Of a stretch of DNA of 64,000 bases, positions 46,216 to 57,078 are shown piece by piece (within the stretch, counting starts at the first letter, position 1; each line of letters begins with the position of its first letter). A program made the position numbers and the translations under genes. The stretch lies in contig JAZNYX010000017.1 in the NCBI GenBank assembly GCA_045594665.1, positions 1,575 to 65,574 of the forward strand, given 5' to 3'. Below the pieces are notes generated by a model. That model was not told the DNA's origin. It saw only the letters and a list, made by a program, of their open reading frames with translations, and searched no databases. The stretch is from Clostridia bacterium (lineage in GTDB: Bacteria; Bacillota; Clostridia; UMGS1883).

Positions 46216-46848
46216 TTATCTCAAAGACATATTTTTACAAATTTCCTTCGCAGGACAAATTTCGCATTTTGCCTTCCTTGCACTGCAATACTCTCTTCCG
46301 AAAAGCACCAGGCGGTGGCAAAAGTCACTGTGCTTACTGCGTGGAAGCAGATTTTCCGTGTCCTTTTCTACCTTTACAGGATCGGTTTCCTTAGTCAGCC
46401 CCACTCTTTTAAGGATTCTTTTCGCGTGGGTATCAATTACCATGCCGCCACGGCCGAAAAGGTCTCCCAAAACAAGATTCGCCGTTTTTCTTCCCACGCC
46501 TGCTAGGGAAAGCATATCCTCCATATTGTCGGGAATTTCTCCACCGAAATCAGATATGATTTTTTGACAGCAGGCAATAATGTTTTTGGCCTTGTTATGG
46601 TAAAACCCCGTGGATTTAATGTCCTGTTCAAGCTCCTTTAAGTCTGCGCCGGCAAAGGCATGGGCATCAGGATATTTCTTGAATAAATCCTTTGTCACTA
46701 TATTAACTCTGGCATCTGTACACTGTGCGGAAAGCTGTGTGGCAATGAGAAGTTCAAGCGGTGTTTTATATTCAAGGGAACATATTGCATCAGGGTACTC
46801 TTTTTCTAATATTTCGTAAAACCTTTCGGCTCTTTCTTTCCTACGCAT
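46216..46848 (-). CDS. nth: Endonuclease III
   Basis: LSAQCTDARVN, HhH LAGVGRKTAN, Fe-S motif C-x6-C-x2-C-x5-C. Confidence 0.96.
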   Translation of the reverse strand: MRRKERAERFYEILEKEYPDAICSLEYKTPLELLIATQLSAQCTDARVNIVTKDLFKKYPDAHAFAGADLKELEQDIKSTGFYHNKAKNIIACCQKIISDFGGEIPDNMEDMLSLAGVGRKTANLVLGDLFGRGGMVIDTHAKRILKRVGLTKETDPVKVEKDTENLLPRSKHSDFCHRLVLFGREYCSARKAKCEICPAKEICKNMSLR

Positions 46849-46959
46849 AAAATCACATCCTTAGTATTATTTTATCATAAAACTCTTGTTTTTGAAAGAA
46901 AAACTTTGTATAATAGTAAAAGAGTTTTTTAATCTTCTTTATTGAAAGGAGGAATTTTG

Positions 46960-48213
46960 ATGAAAAGCCCGCTTGCAGACAGAATTCGTCCCGACACTCT
47001 TTCGGACGTTGTGGGGCAGAAGCACATTTTAGGGGAAGGAAAAATCCTTTACAATATAATACAAAGCGGTGAAATTCCCAACATGATTTTTTACGGACCG
47101 TCGGGAATAGGGAAGACCACCGTGGCAAATATTGCTGCAAAAAATGCAAAAAAGCCTCTGTATAAACTTAATGCTACAAACGCTTCCGTTTCCGACATCA
47201 AGGCAATTCTTGCCGAGGCGGAAACAATGCTCGGTGCAGACGGAGTAATTCTCTATCTTGACGAGATTCAGAATTTCAATAAAAAACAGCAGCAATCCCT
47301 GCTCGAATGTATAGAAAACGGAAAAATTACACTTATTGCATCTACGACGGAGAATCCGTACTTTTACATATACAATGCAATTTTATCCCGCTGTACGGTC
47401 TTTGAGTTTCAGCCTGTAGAAGCCTGTGATATAAAAGAGGCACTCTTAAGAGCCAAGGAAACTTTGGAATTCCCGGTAATCCTTGAAGATGATGCGGCAG
47501 AGCATATTGCAGGCAGTGCCTGCGGAGATGTGAGAAAGGCACTTAATTCTCTTGAGGTTGCCGTTATGGCGGCAAAGCCTGACGAAAATCAGAATATCGT
47601 TATTACCTTGGAAATTGCGGAAGCAGTGACAATGAAAAAAGCCTTCCGTCATGACCGTGACGGTGACAGCCACTATGATGTTTTAAGTGCATTTCAGAAA
47701 TCCGTCCGCGGAAGCGACGTTGATGCGGCACTTCATTATATGGCACGCCTTGTGGCGGCAGGCGATTTGCAAAGCATTTGCAGAAGAATACTTGTTATGG
47801 CAGCAGAGGATATAGGACTTGCATACCCCAATGCAATTGTAATTACAAAGGCATGTGTTGATGCGGCACTTCAGCTTGGATTTCCGGAAGCAAGAATCCC
47901 TCTTGCGGAAGCTGTAATAATGCTTGCCACAGCACCTAAGTCCAACAGTGCAATATGTGCCATAGATGCGGCGCTTTCAGATATTGAAAGCGGAAAAATG
48001 GGGGATATTCCCGCACACCTTAAGGATTCCCACTACGGCGGAGCGAAAAAGCTCGGTCACGGAAATGATTACAAATATCCCCACGCATATCCCAATCACT
48101 ATGTAAAGCAGCAATATCTACCCGATACAATTAAGAATCGCAAATACTACGAATACGGGGAAAATAAGCTTGAACAGCAGACAAAAGCATATTGGGATAA
48201 TATTAAAAAATAA
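46960..48213 (+). CDS. rarA: Replication-associated recombination protein A
   Basis: PLADRIRP, GPSGIGKTT, DEI, STTENPYF, SVRGSD, PKSNS, YKYPHAY. Confidence 0.95.
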   Translation: MKSPLADRIRPDTLSDVVGQKHILGEGKILYNIIQSGEIPNMIFYGPSGIGKTTVANIAAKNAKKPLYKLNATNASVSDIKAILAEAETMLGADGVILYLDEIQNFNKKQQQSLLECIENGKITLIASTTENPYFYIYNAILSRCTVFEFQPVEACDIKEALLRAKETLEFPVILEDDAAEHIAGSACGDVRKALNSLEVAVMAAKPDENQNIVITLEIAEAVTMKKAFRHDRDGDSHYDVLSAFQKSVRGSDVDAALHYMARLVAAGDLQSICRRILVMAAEDIGLAYPNAIVITKACVDAALQLGFPEARIPLAEAVIMLATAPKSNSAICAIDAALSDIESGKMGDIPAHLKDSHYGGAKKLGHGNDYKYPHAYPNHYVKQQYLPDTIKNRKYYEYGENKLEQQTKAYWDNIKK

Positions 48214-48253
48214 ATTATACGGGAGCAGATTTTTATCTGCTCCCGTATAATTT
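48212..48253. terminator. Bidirectional terminator between rarA and the patatin gene
   Basis: 19-bp stem aaattatacgggagcagat-tttt-atctgctcccgtataattt. Confidence 0.85.
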
Positions 48254-49094
48254 ATTTCAATATCTTTTCTTTATATTTCATTAAAGTTTTATATCCGATA
48301 TCATATAGCTTTTGAATTTCCTCCGGTCTTCTCTCTGTACGCTTCCATGATGAGGTATCTTCTTCGGGGGCTATCAGTATAATTCTGCCCTCTTTTTCAA
48401 GCTCTAAAAGTCTGTGGTGTGTTTCGTTATACATCTGTGTGCGATTTTCAAGAGCCTTTTTAAAATTAGGGTACTTTCTGTAAAGAAATCCGCTTATGTC
48501 AAGTGCCTTTTCAGGGCTTTTCACGTAACTTCGTTCTCTTGTGAGAATTACCACTACCTTATCACATCCCTCATCTAACGCTCTCTGAAAGGGAATGGAA
48601 TTGGAGATACCGCCATCCATGTAAAGACTGCCGTCGATTTCTACGGGCTGAAAAAGTATGGGAAGGGCACAGCTTGCCACAACCTTTTTCCACTTCCGAT
48701 CTTCGCTTGTGACGGTGTGGTACTCGCATTTACCCGTTTCAATGTTTGTAAGTGCCGCCTCAACCTTGCACCCTGATTTGTCGTATGCCTCGCTGTCAAA
48801 GGGAACAAGCTTGTTGGGAAGCTCATCAAAAACAAATTCCACATTGTAGTAACTGCGTTTTTTGGGATTGAGCAAATGCCTCATACCCATGTACCTTTTA
48901 TCGTTAAGATACTCAAGTCCTATTTTAAGACCTCTGCCCCTTTGATTTGATGCAAAAGAAATTCCGTTGGCAACGCCTGCAGAAGTTCCTACAAGAAGGT
49001 CTGCCTTAAAGCCTATATCAATCAGTGCGTCCAGTGCGCCTACACTAAAGTAGCCGCGGCTGGCTCCGCCCTCTAAAACAAGTCCTGTTTTCAC
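48252..49094 (-). CDS. Patatin-like phospholipase
   Basis: VLEGGASRG, GTSAG nucleophile elbow, DGG. Confidence 0.9.
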   Translation of the reverse strand: MKTGLVLEGGASRGYFSVGALDALIDIGFKADLLVGTSAGVANGISFASNQRGRGLKIGLEYLNDKRYMGMRHLLNPKKRSYYNVEFVFDELPNKLVPFDSEAYDKSGCKVEAALTNIETGKCEYHTVTSEDRKWKKVVASCALPILFQPVEIDGSLYMDGGISNSIPFQRALDEGCDKVVVILTRERSYVKSPEKALDISGFLYRKYPNFKKALENRTQMYNETHHRLLELEKEGRIILIAPEEDTSSWKRTERRPEEIQKLYDIGYKTLMKYKEKILK

Positions 49095-49111
49095 ATTAAT
49101 TCCTCCTTCCG

Positions 49112-49981
49112 CTATAGCTCTTTGATATCCTCGGCTATCTGCTTTTGAAGTTCTTCTATACTTTCAAACTTTCTTTCCTCACGGATAAAGTCTATAAATT
49201 CTATTTTCATTTTTTGGTTATAAATGTTTTTGTCAAAGTGGGGGATATACGTTTCTGTACGTAATTTTTCACCGCCCACGGTGGGATTGATGCCTGTGTT
49301 GGTAATAGCTTTATATGATTGATTATTGACTGTTACCAATGTTTTATATACACCTTTTTTGGGAATTATTATGGCATCTTCAAAAAACATGTTTGCCGTG
49401 GGAAAGCCCATTGTCCTGCCAAGGTGCTTACCCTCGCATATAGTTCCCTCCACCGCGAAGCTTCTTCCCAAAAGCTTGTTGGCAAGGGAGATGTCTCCTT
49501 TTGTGATAAGCTCCCTTATACGGCTTGAAGATACGCTTTCCCCGTTATAAAACTCACATTCAATCACCCGGGTACAAAAGCCCATCTTACTGCCGTAATC
49601 AGTCAGCATGGTACTATTGCCCTTGCCGCCTTTCCCGAAACGGTAATTATATCCGCATGCGGCGTATTTTACATTATATTTTTTTACGAGTATTTCCGTT
49701 ATGAAATCCTCCGCAGGCATACCTAAAAATTCTTTGGAAACAGAAATAAACTCTGCCTCTGCACCCAAAGCTTTTATCAGCCGTTCTTTTTCCCGTAGGG
49801 TAGTAATATAGCTTACCTTTTCGGGTGAAAGAAGTTCCAAGGGAGAGCGGTCAAAGCTCAGAACTATTGGTCTGAGCTTATTTTCTTTTGCGTAATCTAC
49901 AACGCTTTTTATAATTTTTTGATGGGCAATATGTACTCCATCAAAAAAACCGAGGGCTATTGCACAAGGTTTGCTACTCAT
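49112..49981 (-). CDS. ribF: Riboflavin kinase/FAD synthetase
   Basis: GFFDGVHIAH, SSSRIR, GRTMGFPTAN, NPTV, ETYI. Confidence 0.95.
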   Translation of the reverse strand: MSSKPCAIALGFFDGVHIAHQKIIKSVVDYAKENKLRPIVLSFDRSPLELLSPEKVSYITTLREKERLIKALGAEAEFISVSKEFLGMPAEDFITEILVKKYNVKYAACGYNYRFGKGGKGNSTMLTDYGSKMGFCTRVIECEFYNGESVSSSRIRELITKGDISLANKLLGRSFAVEGTICEGKHLGRTMGFPTANMFFEDAIIIPKKGVYKTLVTVNNQSYKAITNTGINPTVGGEKLRTETYIPHFDKNIYNQKMKIEFIDFIREERKFESIEELQKQIAEDIKEL

Positions 49982-50871
49982 CTGTAAAACCCCTTTATAA
50001 GCTTAAGACATTCTCTGCCGTCCTCTGTATCTGCCTTGGAAAGAGCAATAAAGCTCCCGTTTTCGTCATACACACGATACATTACTCCCTGTGTTTTTCC
50101 CTTGTAATATATGGGAACGCCGTTTTTTACGCGGTCGGCTCTTTTTTTATCCAAATAAATTGCTTCGTAGTTTTTAAAGAAAGAATCAAGGGGGAGAAGT
50201 GCTTTTTCCGCCATGCCGTTTTCGGAGAGGGAAGAAAGCTCTTCGGGAGTAATGGCACTTTCAAGGGTAAAAGGCCCCGATGCCGTGCGTTCAAGCCCCT
50301 GTATACAGCCGCCGCAGCCCAAAGCATCACCAATATCGGAGGCTAATGTGCGGATATATGTGCCTTTACTGCAATGAACGGCAATTTTCACATAAGGAAG
50401 CTCAATTTTTTCAATGTCGATTGAAAAAATCGTGATATCGCGTGCCTTACGTTCTACCTCAATGCCTTGTCTTGCCAAGTTGTAAAGCCGTTGCCCATTT
50501 ACCTGAATAGCACTGTACATGGGAGGAACTTGCTGTATGTTTCCGACAAAGCCTGCTATCGTGGTACGGATTTCCTCCTCAGTAACATTAACGGGGCGTT
50601 TCTCGATGACTTCACCTGCCATATCAAGTGTATCGGTTTTGGTGCCTAAAAGAATTGTGGCACGGTAACGCTTGTCCTCCATGGTAAGAAAATCCGACGC
50701 ACGCGTGGCAGGGCCTGCAAGAATAGGCAGAACGCCGCTTGCCTCGGGGTCAAGAGTTCCGGTATGCCCTACTTTTTTCATATTAAGGGCTTTTCTTACC
50801 ATGCCCACGCATCTGTGAGAGGAAACCCCTACAGGTTTATTTAAAATGATAATTCCGCAGTATTCGTTCAT
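49978..50871 (-). CDS. truB: tRNA pseudouridine 55 synthase
   Basis: KVGHTGTLDPEASGVL, PPMYSA, CSKGTYIRTL. Confidence 0.97.
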   Translation of the reverse strand: MNEYCGIIILNKPVGVSSHRCVGMVRKALNMKKVGHTGTLDPEASGVLPILAGPATRASDFLTMEDKRYRATILLGTKTDTLDMAGEVIEKRPVNVTEEEIRTTIAGFVGNIQQVPPMYSAIQVNGQRLYNLARQGIEVERKARDITIFSIDIEKIELPYVKIAVHCSKGTYIRTLASDIGDALGCGGCIQGLERTASGPFTLESAITPEELSSLSENGMAEKALLPLDSFFKNYEAIYLDKKRADRVKNGVPIYYKGKTQGVMYRVYDENGSFIALSKADTEDGRECLKLIKGFYR

Positions 50872-51821
50872 TACAGTTTCTCCAATTCCTCTACAAGCTG
50901 ACGTTCGGCTTCGTCAATGGAAACACCCTTGAAGCTGCAGCCTGCCGCCTTCTTATGACCGCCTCCGCCAAAGCTTCTTGCAACGGGTTCAATGTTATAA
51001 TCACCTAAGCTGCGTAGGCTTACCCTGATGTCGCCATCGGGCTGCTGTTTTAAAAACGCACTTATCATAACGCCATCAATACTTCTGGGAAGCTGGGCGA
51101 GAGCATCGGTATCGGATTTTTCCGCACCATATTTCTGCATTATCTCATTTGTGATTTTTGCAGTAGCAATTTTTCCGCCTGAGTAAAGTCTGATGGATTC
51201 TATTGCTTCCGCCTTGAGCTTTAGTTGCGTCAGCGTATTCCTTTCATAAAGCATACTGCAAAGATACGTGGTATTAATACCCGTATCTGTCAGAGCAATT
51301 ATTATTTCATATGTGCGGCGGTTCACCGATGCATACTGAAACGAGCCTGTATCGGAGGAAATTGCACAGTAAAGATATGCGGCAATTTCTTGTGTTATTT
51401 CAAAGCCACCCAGTGTAAGAAGCTCATATATAAGCTCACCCGTAGCACTTCTTGAAGGCTCTACATGGCTTATCTTTGCAAAAGAATCAGTCTGATGGTG
51501 ATGATCTATGCAAACTGTGTTTTCCTTATTTTCAAAGAATTTGCCCCATTTGCCGATTCTGTCACAGCTACCCACATCTACGGCACAATAGCACTCGTAA
51601 TCGGGAGCAGATGCATCCTCAGAAAATACTATAACATCTGTTTCAAATATGCTAAGATGCCTTGACAAAGGCACCTCCGTAAACACATCTGCTTTTATTC
51701 CGGACAAGCGCAGAGCGCAGCGCAGTGCCATTGCACTTCCTATACAGTCCCAGTCGGGGTTCGTATGAACGAAAATTGCAACAGAGGAGCTTTTTTTAAG
51801 ATGCTCTATTACTTTCTTCAT
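50871..51821 (-). CDS. nrnA: DHH/DHHA1 phosphoesterase (NanoRNase A-like)
   Basis: HTNPDWD, IDHH, SDTG, GGGGHKKAAG; usual rbfA-nrnA-truB order. Confidence 0.88.
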   Translation of the reverse strand: MKKVIEHLKKSSSVAIFVHTNPDWDCIGSAMALRCALRLSGIKADVFTEVPLSRHLSIFETDVIVFSEDASAPDYECYCAVDVGSCDRIGKWGKFFENKENTVCIDHHHQTDSFAKISHVEPSRSATGELIYELLTLGGFEITQEIAAYLYCAISSDTGSFQYASVNRRTYEIIIALTDTGINTTYLCSMLYERNTLTQLKLKAEAIESIRLYSGGKIATAKITNEIMQKYGAEKSDTDALAQLPRSIDGVMISAFLKQQPDGDIRVSLRSLGDYNIEPVARSFGGGGHKKAAGCSFKGVSIDEAERQLVEELEKL

Positions 51822-51835
51822 TGCCCTTGCTCCTT

Positions 51836-52183
51836 TCAGTTGTCTTTGCTGATGTCATTTAACAGCTTATTGATATGAGCACCATATTCAATAGTGGTGT
51901 CAAGCTCAAAGGAAAATTCAGGTACGCATCTTAAATTAATTCTGTTTCCAACCTCACGGCGGATAAAGCCTGCTGCCGCTTTAAGCCCCTTGATGCAGTC
52001 TTTCTTTTCTTCGTCCGTTCCCATAACGCTGATAAATGCCTTTGCATAGCGAAGGTCATTTGTTACATTTACGTTTACCACGCTTGTCATCATGGGGATT
52101 CTGGGGTCTTTAAGGTCACGTATAATACTGCTTAATTCTTTTTTTACTTCTTCGTTTATTCTGTCTGTTCTTTTAAAAGACAT
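51836..52183 (-). CDS. rbfA: Ribosome-binding factor A
   Basis: RTDRINEEVKKE, DLRYAKAF, LRCVPEFSF. Confidence 0.95.
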   Translation of the reverse strand: MSFKRTDRINEEVKKELSSIIRDLKDPRIPMMTSVVNVNVTNDLRYAKAFISVMGTDEEKKDCIKGLKAAAGFIRREVGNRINLRCVPEFSFELDTTIEYGAHINKLLNDISKDN

Positions 52184-52231
52184 AGTGTTTCCCTTCTTTC
52201 AAAATATATTGTTTGCAAATGCAGAGGGGAT

Positions 52232-52408
52232 TATTAAGGGGAAACTTCCCCTTAATATAAAAATCGCCAAATGCGGGGGCATGTACCTCGCATTTGGCTC
52301 CTTGCAAGGGCTGGCACGGTGAGTGCCGCGCGAGCGTAAGCCCTTTTTTCGCAAGAGAATGTTTTCATAAGAAAACTTCTCTTGCGAGCTAATGGCTTAG
52401 CCATTAGC
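52232..52408. repeat. Run of five hairpins filling the infB-rbfA gap
   Basis: Stems at 52232-52257, 52266-52298, about 52307-52344, 52349-52387 and 52388-52408. Confidence 0.6.
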
Positions 52409-54680
52409 GTTTAACTTCTTCCATTACATAACACTCAACAACATCGCCTTCCTTGATGTCATTAAAGCGAACAAATCCCATACCACACTCGTAACCGCTA
52501 TTTACTTCTTTCACGTCATCCTTGAAACGCTTGAGTGAATCAAGCTCGCCCTCGTGGATTACGATACCGTCACGCACGATTCTTACACTGCAGTTACGCT
52601 GGATTTTACCGTCTGTTACATAGCATCCGCCGATAGTGCCCACACCGCTTACCTTAAAGGTCTGACGGATTTCGGCATGACCGATAACAGCCTCACGGAA
52701 GGTAGGTGCAAGCATACCCTTCATAGCTGCTTCAATTTCTTCGATAGCTTCGTAAATTACGCGGTACATACGCATATCTACCTTATTAAGCTCTGCCGCA
52801 TTTCTGCCGCCCACGTCGGGACGTACATTAAAGCCTACGATAATTGCGTTTGATGCGGATGCCAGTGTTACGTCGCTCTCGGTAATAGCACCCACGCCGC
52901 CGTGAATAACTCTTACTCTTACTTCTTCATTGGAAAGCTTTTCAAGGCTCTGTCTTACAGCTTCAACGCTACCCTGAACGTCCGCTTTAACGATAATGTT
53001 AAGATCCTTAACATCACCCTGCTGAATCTGACTGAACAGGTCGTCAAGATTAACACGCTGTCTTGCCTTGTTTGCTTCGTCTTTAATTTTCTGCTTTCTT
53101 GTTTCAACAACATTACGTGCCGCACGCTCATCATCTACTACATAGAAAGGATCGCCGCCATCGGGAGTTTCACTAAGACCTACAATCTCAACAGGGGTAG
53201 AGGGAATAGCTTCCTTAATCTTCTTGCCCTTGTCATCAACCATAGCTCTTACTCTGCCCACTGCAGTACCTGTTACAATGATGTCGCCCTGACGGAGAGT
53301 ACCGTTCTGTACAAGAACCGTAGCAACGGGGCCTCTGCCCTTATCAAGCTTGGATTCAATAACTGTACCTCTTGCCTTACGGTTGGGGTTAGCCTTAAGC
53401 TCCTTAACTTCAGCGGTAAGAAGTACCATTTCAAGAAGTGAATCAATATTTTTATGCTGCTTTGCACTTACTTCAACGCAGATAACATCGCCGCCCCATT
53501 CTTCGGGAACAAGGCCATGCTCTGTAAGCTCCTGCTTAACTCTGTCGGGGTTTGCCCCATCCTTATCAATCTTATTGATAGCAACGATTATGCTTACCTC
53601 TGCCGCTTTTGCGTGGTTAATAGCTTCAACCGTCTGAGGCATTATACCGTCATCTGCCGCAACAACAAGTATAGCAATATCTGTTACAAGTGCACCGCGG
53701 GCACGCATAGCTGTAAATGCTTCGTGACCGGGGGTGTCAAGGAAAGCAATCTGATTTCCGTTGATGTTTACCATGTAAGCACCAATGTGCTGTGTGATAC
53801 CGCCTGCTTCGCTTGCGGTAACGTTTGTGCTTCTGATTGCATCGAGAAGACTTGTCTTACCGTGGTCAACGTGACCCATAACGCAGACAACAGGGGGACG
53901 GGGAAGAAGGTCCTTTTCTTCATCGGGAGCTTCAGCATCACTGAGAAGCTTTTCCTCCTCGGTGATAATTATCTCTCTTTCAACCTCTGCACCCATATCC
54001 TCGGCAATAAGTGCCGCCACGTCATATTCAATGTCCTGGGTGATAGCCGCCATAATTCCAAGCTGCATTAATCTCTTAATGATTTCCGTAGCACCAACCT
54101 TGAGCTTTTGAGCAAGGTCGCCTACCGTAATTGTGTCGGGGATAATTACGTGGAGAGGCTGTTTCTTTTCCTCTTTCTTAGGCTTTTGCATTTCAGGCTG
54201 CTTGGGCTGATTCTTCTTTTGGGGCTGCTGTTTGTTTTTATTCTTCTTTAATCTCTGCTTATTTGTTTCCGTGTCCTTCATTTCGGGAGCGAGCTGTTCT
54301 GCCTTTTCCTTTGCAAGCTGCATGTCAAGGTCAACGGCGTTAGTTCTGGTGTCAACATATCTTACGCTCTTTTTTGTAGAAATAACGGTATCTTCCTCGG
54401 TAAGCTCTTCGGCTATAGGCTGCTCTTTCGCCTTTTTTGCCTTTTCTTCTTTTTTCTGCTCTTCTGCCTTTGCCTGATGAGCGGTAACATATTCCTCCAT
54501 AGTCGTTCCGTCATCAAACTTCTGTGTGTAGTATTCCATAATGATACTCATTTCATAAGCATCAACGGAAGCTGCGGAACTTTTTGTAATTCCTGCAACC
54601 TCTGTAAGCATTTTGGCAATTTCCTTACCGGGAACATTTATATCTTTTGCTATTGCACTTATTTTTTGTTTTGAGATCAT
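52404..54680 (-). CDS. infB: Translation initiation factor IF-2
   Basis: [37 protein letters not shown]. Confidence 0.98.
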   Translation of the reverse strand: MISKQKISAIAKDINVPGKEIAKMLTEVAGITKSSAASVDAYEMSIIMEYYTQKFDDGTTMEEYVTAHQAKAEEQKKEEKAKKAKEQPIAEELTEEDTVISTKKSVRYVDTRTNAVDLDMQLAKEKAEQLAPEMKDTETNKQRLKKNKNKQQPQKKNQPKQPEMQKPKKEEKKQPLHVIIPDTITVGDLAQKLKVGATEIIKRLMQLGIMAAITQDIEYDVAALIAEDMGAEVEREIIITEEEKLLSDAEAPDEEKDLLPRPPVVCVMGHVDHGKTSLLDAIRSTNVTASEAGGITQHIGAYMVNINGNQIAFLDTPGHEAFTAMRARGALVTDIAILVVAADDGIMPQTVEAINHAKAAEVSIIVAINKIDKDGANPDRVKQELTEHGLVPEEWGGDVICVEVSAKQHKNIDSLLEMVLLTAEVKELKANPNRKARGTVIESKLDKGRGPVATVLVQNGTLRQGDIIVTGTAVGRVRAMVDDKGKKIKEAIPSTPVEIVGLSETPDGGDPFYVVDDERAARNVVETRKQKIKDEANKARQRVNLDDLFSQIQQGDVKDLNIIVKADVQGSVEAVRQSLEKLSNEEVRVRVIHGGVGAITESDVTLASASNAIIVGFNVRPDVGGRNAAELNKVDMRMYRVIYEAIEEIEAAMKGMLAPTFREAVIGHAEIRQTFKVSGVGTIGGCYVTDGKIQRNCSVRIVRDGIVIHEGELDSLKRFKDDVKEVNSGYECGMGFVRFNDIKEGDVVECYVMEEVKR

Positions 54681-54715
54681 ATCTGAGCACCTCCGTAATT
54701 TTTGATCTTTGGGAA

Positions 54716-55030
54716 TTAATCCCTGCTTTCTGCATATTTCTTAACGATAGCCTTGGCAAAGCCCTCATCGCAGACAGCCAAAACGGGCATATCTTTTTTA
54801 CCTGCCGCTTGGCTTAGTGTTTTTTTATCGGAATAAAACATAAGCTCCACATTGCACTCTTTACATCTGTTTTCTATTCTGCGGCGGTTACTTGCCCCAA
54901 TATCCTCCGATGCAATTACCAAGCTTGCACACCCGTCATCGATGGCTCTTTCCGTCATAAAAACTCCGAAACGCACCTTTCCGGCACGTACTGCTAAGCC
55001 TATCATACCAAGTACTCTATCGTTCATCAA
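54716..55030 (-). CDS. ylxQ: L7Ae-family RNA-binding protein (YlxQ)
   Basis: [12 protein letters not shown]...LSQAAGK; operon position. Confidence 0.85.
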   Translation of the reverse strand: MMNDRVLGMIGLAVRAGKVRFGVFMTERAIDDGCASLVIASEDIGASNRRRIENRCKECNVELMFYSDKKTLSQAAGKKDMPVLAVCDEGFAKAIVKKYAESRD

Positions 55031-55275
55031 ATCAGTTCCTTTTTAATATTTTCTTTAAGCTCCGTGGGGAGCGCGCCCTTAAAGGCACGTTCAAAGGATC
55101 TCTGCTTTTCGAATTTCACGCAGCAATCTCCATCCTTGCATATGTATGCACCTCGTCCGGGAAGCTTTCCCGAAACATCCACCGAAAATTCACCGTCTTT
55201 TTTTGTAACTCTTAAAAGCTCGGGTTTTGTTTTCATTTTCCTGCATACAACGCACATTCTAAGCGGAGTGCTCAT
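55027..55275 (-). CDS. ylxR: YlxR/RnpM RNA-binding protein
   Basis: PLRMCVVCR, PGRGAYIC. Confidence 0.9.
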   Translation of the reverse strand: MSTPLRMCVVCRKMKTKPELLRVTKKDGEFSVDVSGKLPGRGAYICKDGDCCVKFEKQRSFERAFKGALPTELKENIKKELI

Positions 55276-56321
55276 TATTCTTCAATCCCCTCTGCACCCT
55301 TATCGCTCTTTATGTCAATCTTCCAGCCTGTAAGTCTTGCCGCAAGGCGTGCATTCTGACCTTCCTTACCGATGGCAAGGGAAAGCTGGAATTCGGGAAC
55401 TACTACAAGTGCTGACTTATTCTTTTCATCAATTTCCACGCTCAATACCTTTGCAGGGTTAAGGGCGGCACTGATATACTCTGCAGGGTCCTCGCTGTAC
55501 GCTATAACATCGATTTTTTCATCGTTAAGCTCCTGCACAATGCCTGCCACTCGTATACCTTTCTGACCTACACATGCACCAACGGGATCAACATTGGGAT
55601 CCTCCGAATAAACTGCAAGCTTGCTTCTGCTTCCTGCTTCTCTTGCGATGCTCTTAATCTGAACTGTTCCGTCTGCGATTTCGGGAACCTCCTGTTCAAA
55701 AAGCTTCTTAACAAGACCGGGATGCGTTCTTGAAACCATAAGGCTGACGCTCTTTGTGGTTTTCTTAACCTCGAATACATAAACCTTCATTCTGCGGCCG
55801 GGAGTATAATCCTCGCCGGGAATCTGCTCGGAGGGAGCAAGGAGTGCCTCTGCACTGCCAAGGTCAATCATGATTCCTCTGCGGTCAAGCTTTTCAACCT
55901 TACCGGTCATAATATCGTTTTCCTTATCGCTGTACTCATCGTACATGTTTCCGCGCTCTGCTTCACGGATTTTTTGCACTACCATCTGCTTTGCAGTCTG
56001 TGCGGCAATTCTGCCGAACTTTGCAGGGTCGGCAACGAAATCAACGCTGTCGCCAATCTGATAACGCTTGTTAACAGCATGTGCTTCTTCAAGTGTAATC
56101 TGTGTGAATGGATCCAAAACCTCTTCCACAACTTCCTTTGTGCAGTAAACACGCATGTCGCCGTTTTCACGGTTAACCTCTGCAAAGCAGTTGTAACCGC
56201 TTCCGAAGTTTTTCTTGTAGGCTGTCACAAGTGCGGCTTCAAGAGCTTCAAACATGACTTCCTTTTTGATGCGTTTTTCACTTTCAAGTGCGTCAAGTGC
56301 CAAAATAAGTTCCTTGTTCAT
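55275..56321 (-). CDS. nusA: Transcription elongation factor NusA
   Basis: FGRIAAQTAKQ, AREAGSRSK, GACVG, LSLAIGKEGQNARLAARLTGWKIDI. Confidence 0.98.
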   Translation of the reverse strand: MNKELILALDALESEKRIKKEVMFEALEAALVTAYKKNFGSGYNCFAEVNRENGDMRVYCTKEVVEEVLDPFTQITLEEAHAVNKRYQIGDSVDFVADPAKFGRIAAQTAKQMVVQKIREAERGNMYDEYSDKENDIMTGKVEKLDRRGIMIDLGSAEALLAPSEQIPGEDYTPGRRMKVYVFEVKKTTKSVSLMVSRTHPGLVKKLFEQEVPEIADGTVQIKSIAREAGSRSKLAVYSEDPNVDPVGACVGQKGIRVAGIVQELNDEKIDVIAYSEDPAEYISAALNPAKVLSVEIDEKNKSALVVVPEFQLSLAIGKEGQNARLAARLTGWKIDIKSDKGAEGIEE

Positions 56322-56340
56322 TTTTTCTTAAACACTCCTA

Positions 56341-56796
56341 TCAAAATTTGAATGCAAGTCGAACAGACGCCGCCTTGCTTTTTTCAATTGTAATCTCTTT
56401 ATTAGAAACCTCCACGGTAATTATGCCATCAGCATAATTTTTAAGAATACCGCTAAGCTCCTTTTTTCCGTCAATGGGGGCAAAAAGCTTTATGTCAATT
56501 TCTTCGCCCAGAACCTTTTCAAAATGCCAGTCACGCGTAAGAGCGCGGTCAATACCGGGGGAGGAAACCTCAAAAATATAAGCTTCCTTGATAAAGGTCA
56601 GCTCATCAAGAAGCGGACTTATTTCACGGCTGACATTTTCGCAGTCCTCAATTGTTACACCGCCGTCCTTATCAATAAAAAGACGGAGAAAATATTCGCT
56701 GCCCTCTTTTTTGTACTCGGTGTTGTAAATATACACACCGTGCCTTTCGCAAACATCAAGAGCAATTTTTTCAAGTGCCTCATCAATCTTAGCCAA
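56341..56796 (-). CDS. rimP: Ribosome maturation factor RimP
   Basis: TIEDCENVSREIS, EVSSPGIDR. TTG start. Confidence 0.95.
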   Translation of the reverse strand: MAKIDEALEKIALDVCERHGVYIYNTEYKKEGSEYFLRLFIDKDGGVTIEDCENVSREISPLLDELTFIKEAYIFEVSSPGIDRALTRDWHFEKVLGEEIDIKLFAPIDGKKELSGILKNYADGIITVEVSNKEITIEKSKAASVRLAFKF

Positions 56797-56814
56797 GAAA
56801 TCATCCCTTTCATA

Positions 56815-56851
56815 TAATACGAAAGAGTGGGTCTGTCAACCCACTCTCTCA
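56815..56851 (-). promoter_or_regulatory. rimP leader attenuator hairpin (weak U-tract)
   Basis: Minus strand agagtgggt-tgacag-acccactct then ttcgtatt. Resembles the NusA-dependent leader terminator known for Bacillus ylxS/rimP. Confidence 0.7.
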
Positions 56852-56979
56852 ATTTCTGTCAAAATGATTATATCACCTAACTTAATATAATGCAAGCATT
56901 TTTTGAAAATATTAGAAATGTTTTTACGTCTTAAAAGTCTTAGAGAAGATAATGATTAATTAAAAACTGAAATTACCGC

Positions 56980-57008
56980 TTGAAATTCCAATAATGTTAT
57001 GGTAGAAT
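56980..57008 (+). promoter_or_regulatory. Sigma-A promoter of the two-HTH regulator
   Basis: TTGAAA-17 nt-TAGAAT with TG extension. Confidence 0.65.
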
Positions 57009-57019
57009 AAAGAAAAAAT

Positions 57020-57057
57020 GATTTCGTCATAACGAAATTTTTCGTTATGACGAAATC
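57020..57057. promoter_or_regulatory. Perfect 18-bp inverted repeat downstream of the promoter (candidate operator)
   Basis: gatttcgtcataacgaaa-tt-tttcgttatgacgaaatc. Confidence 0.6.
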
Positions 57058-57078
57058 GTTAAAAGCAGGGATGAATTT

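Noticed and set aside
6053-55275. rnpB and its modulator ylxR/rnpM occurring in the same window
   Set aside because: They are about 49 kb apart, each in its usual conserved context, so the co-occurrence is coincidental.
57023-57054. Spo0A boxes (TGACGAA on both strands) in the 57020 palindrome
   Set aside because: Both arise from the palindrome's symmetry and there is no sporulation context. It cannot be excluded but is unsupported.
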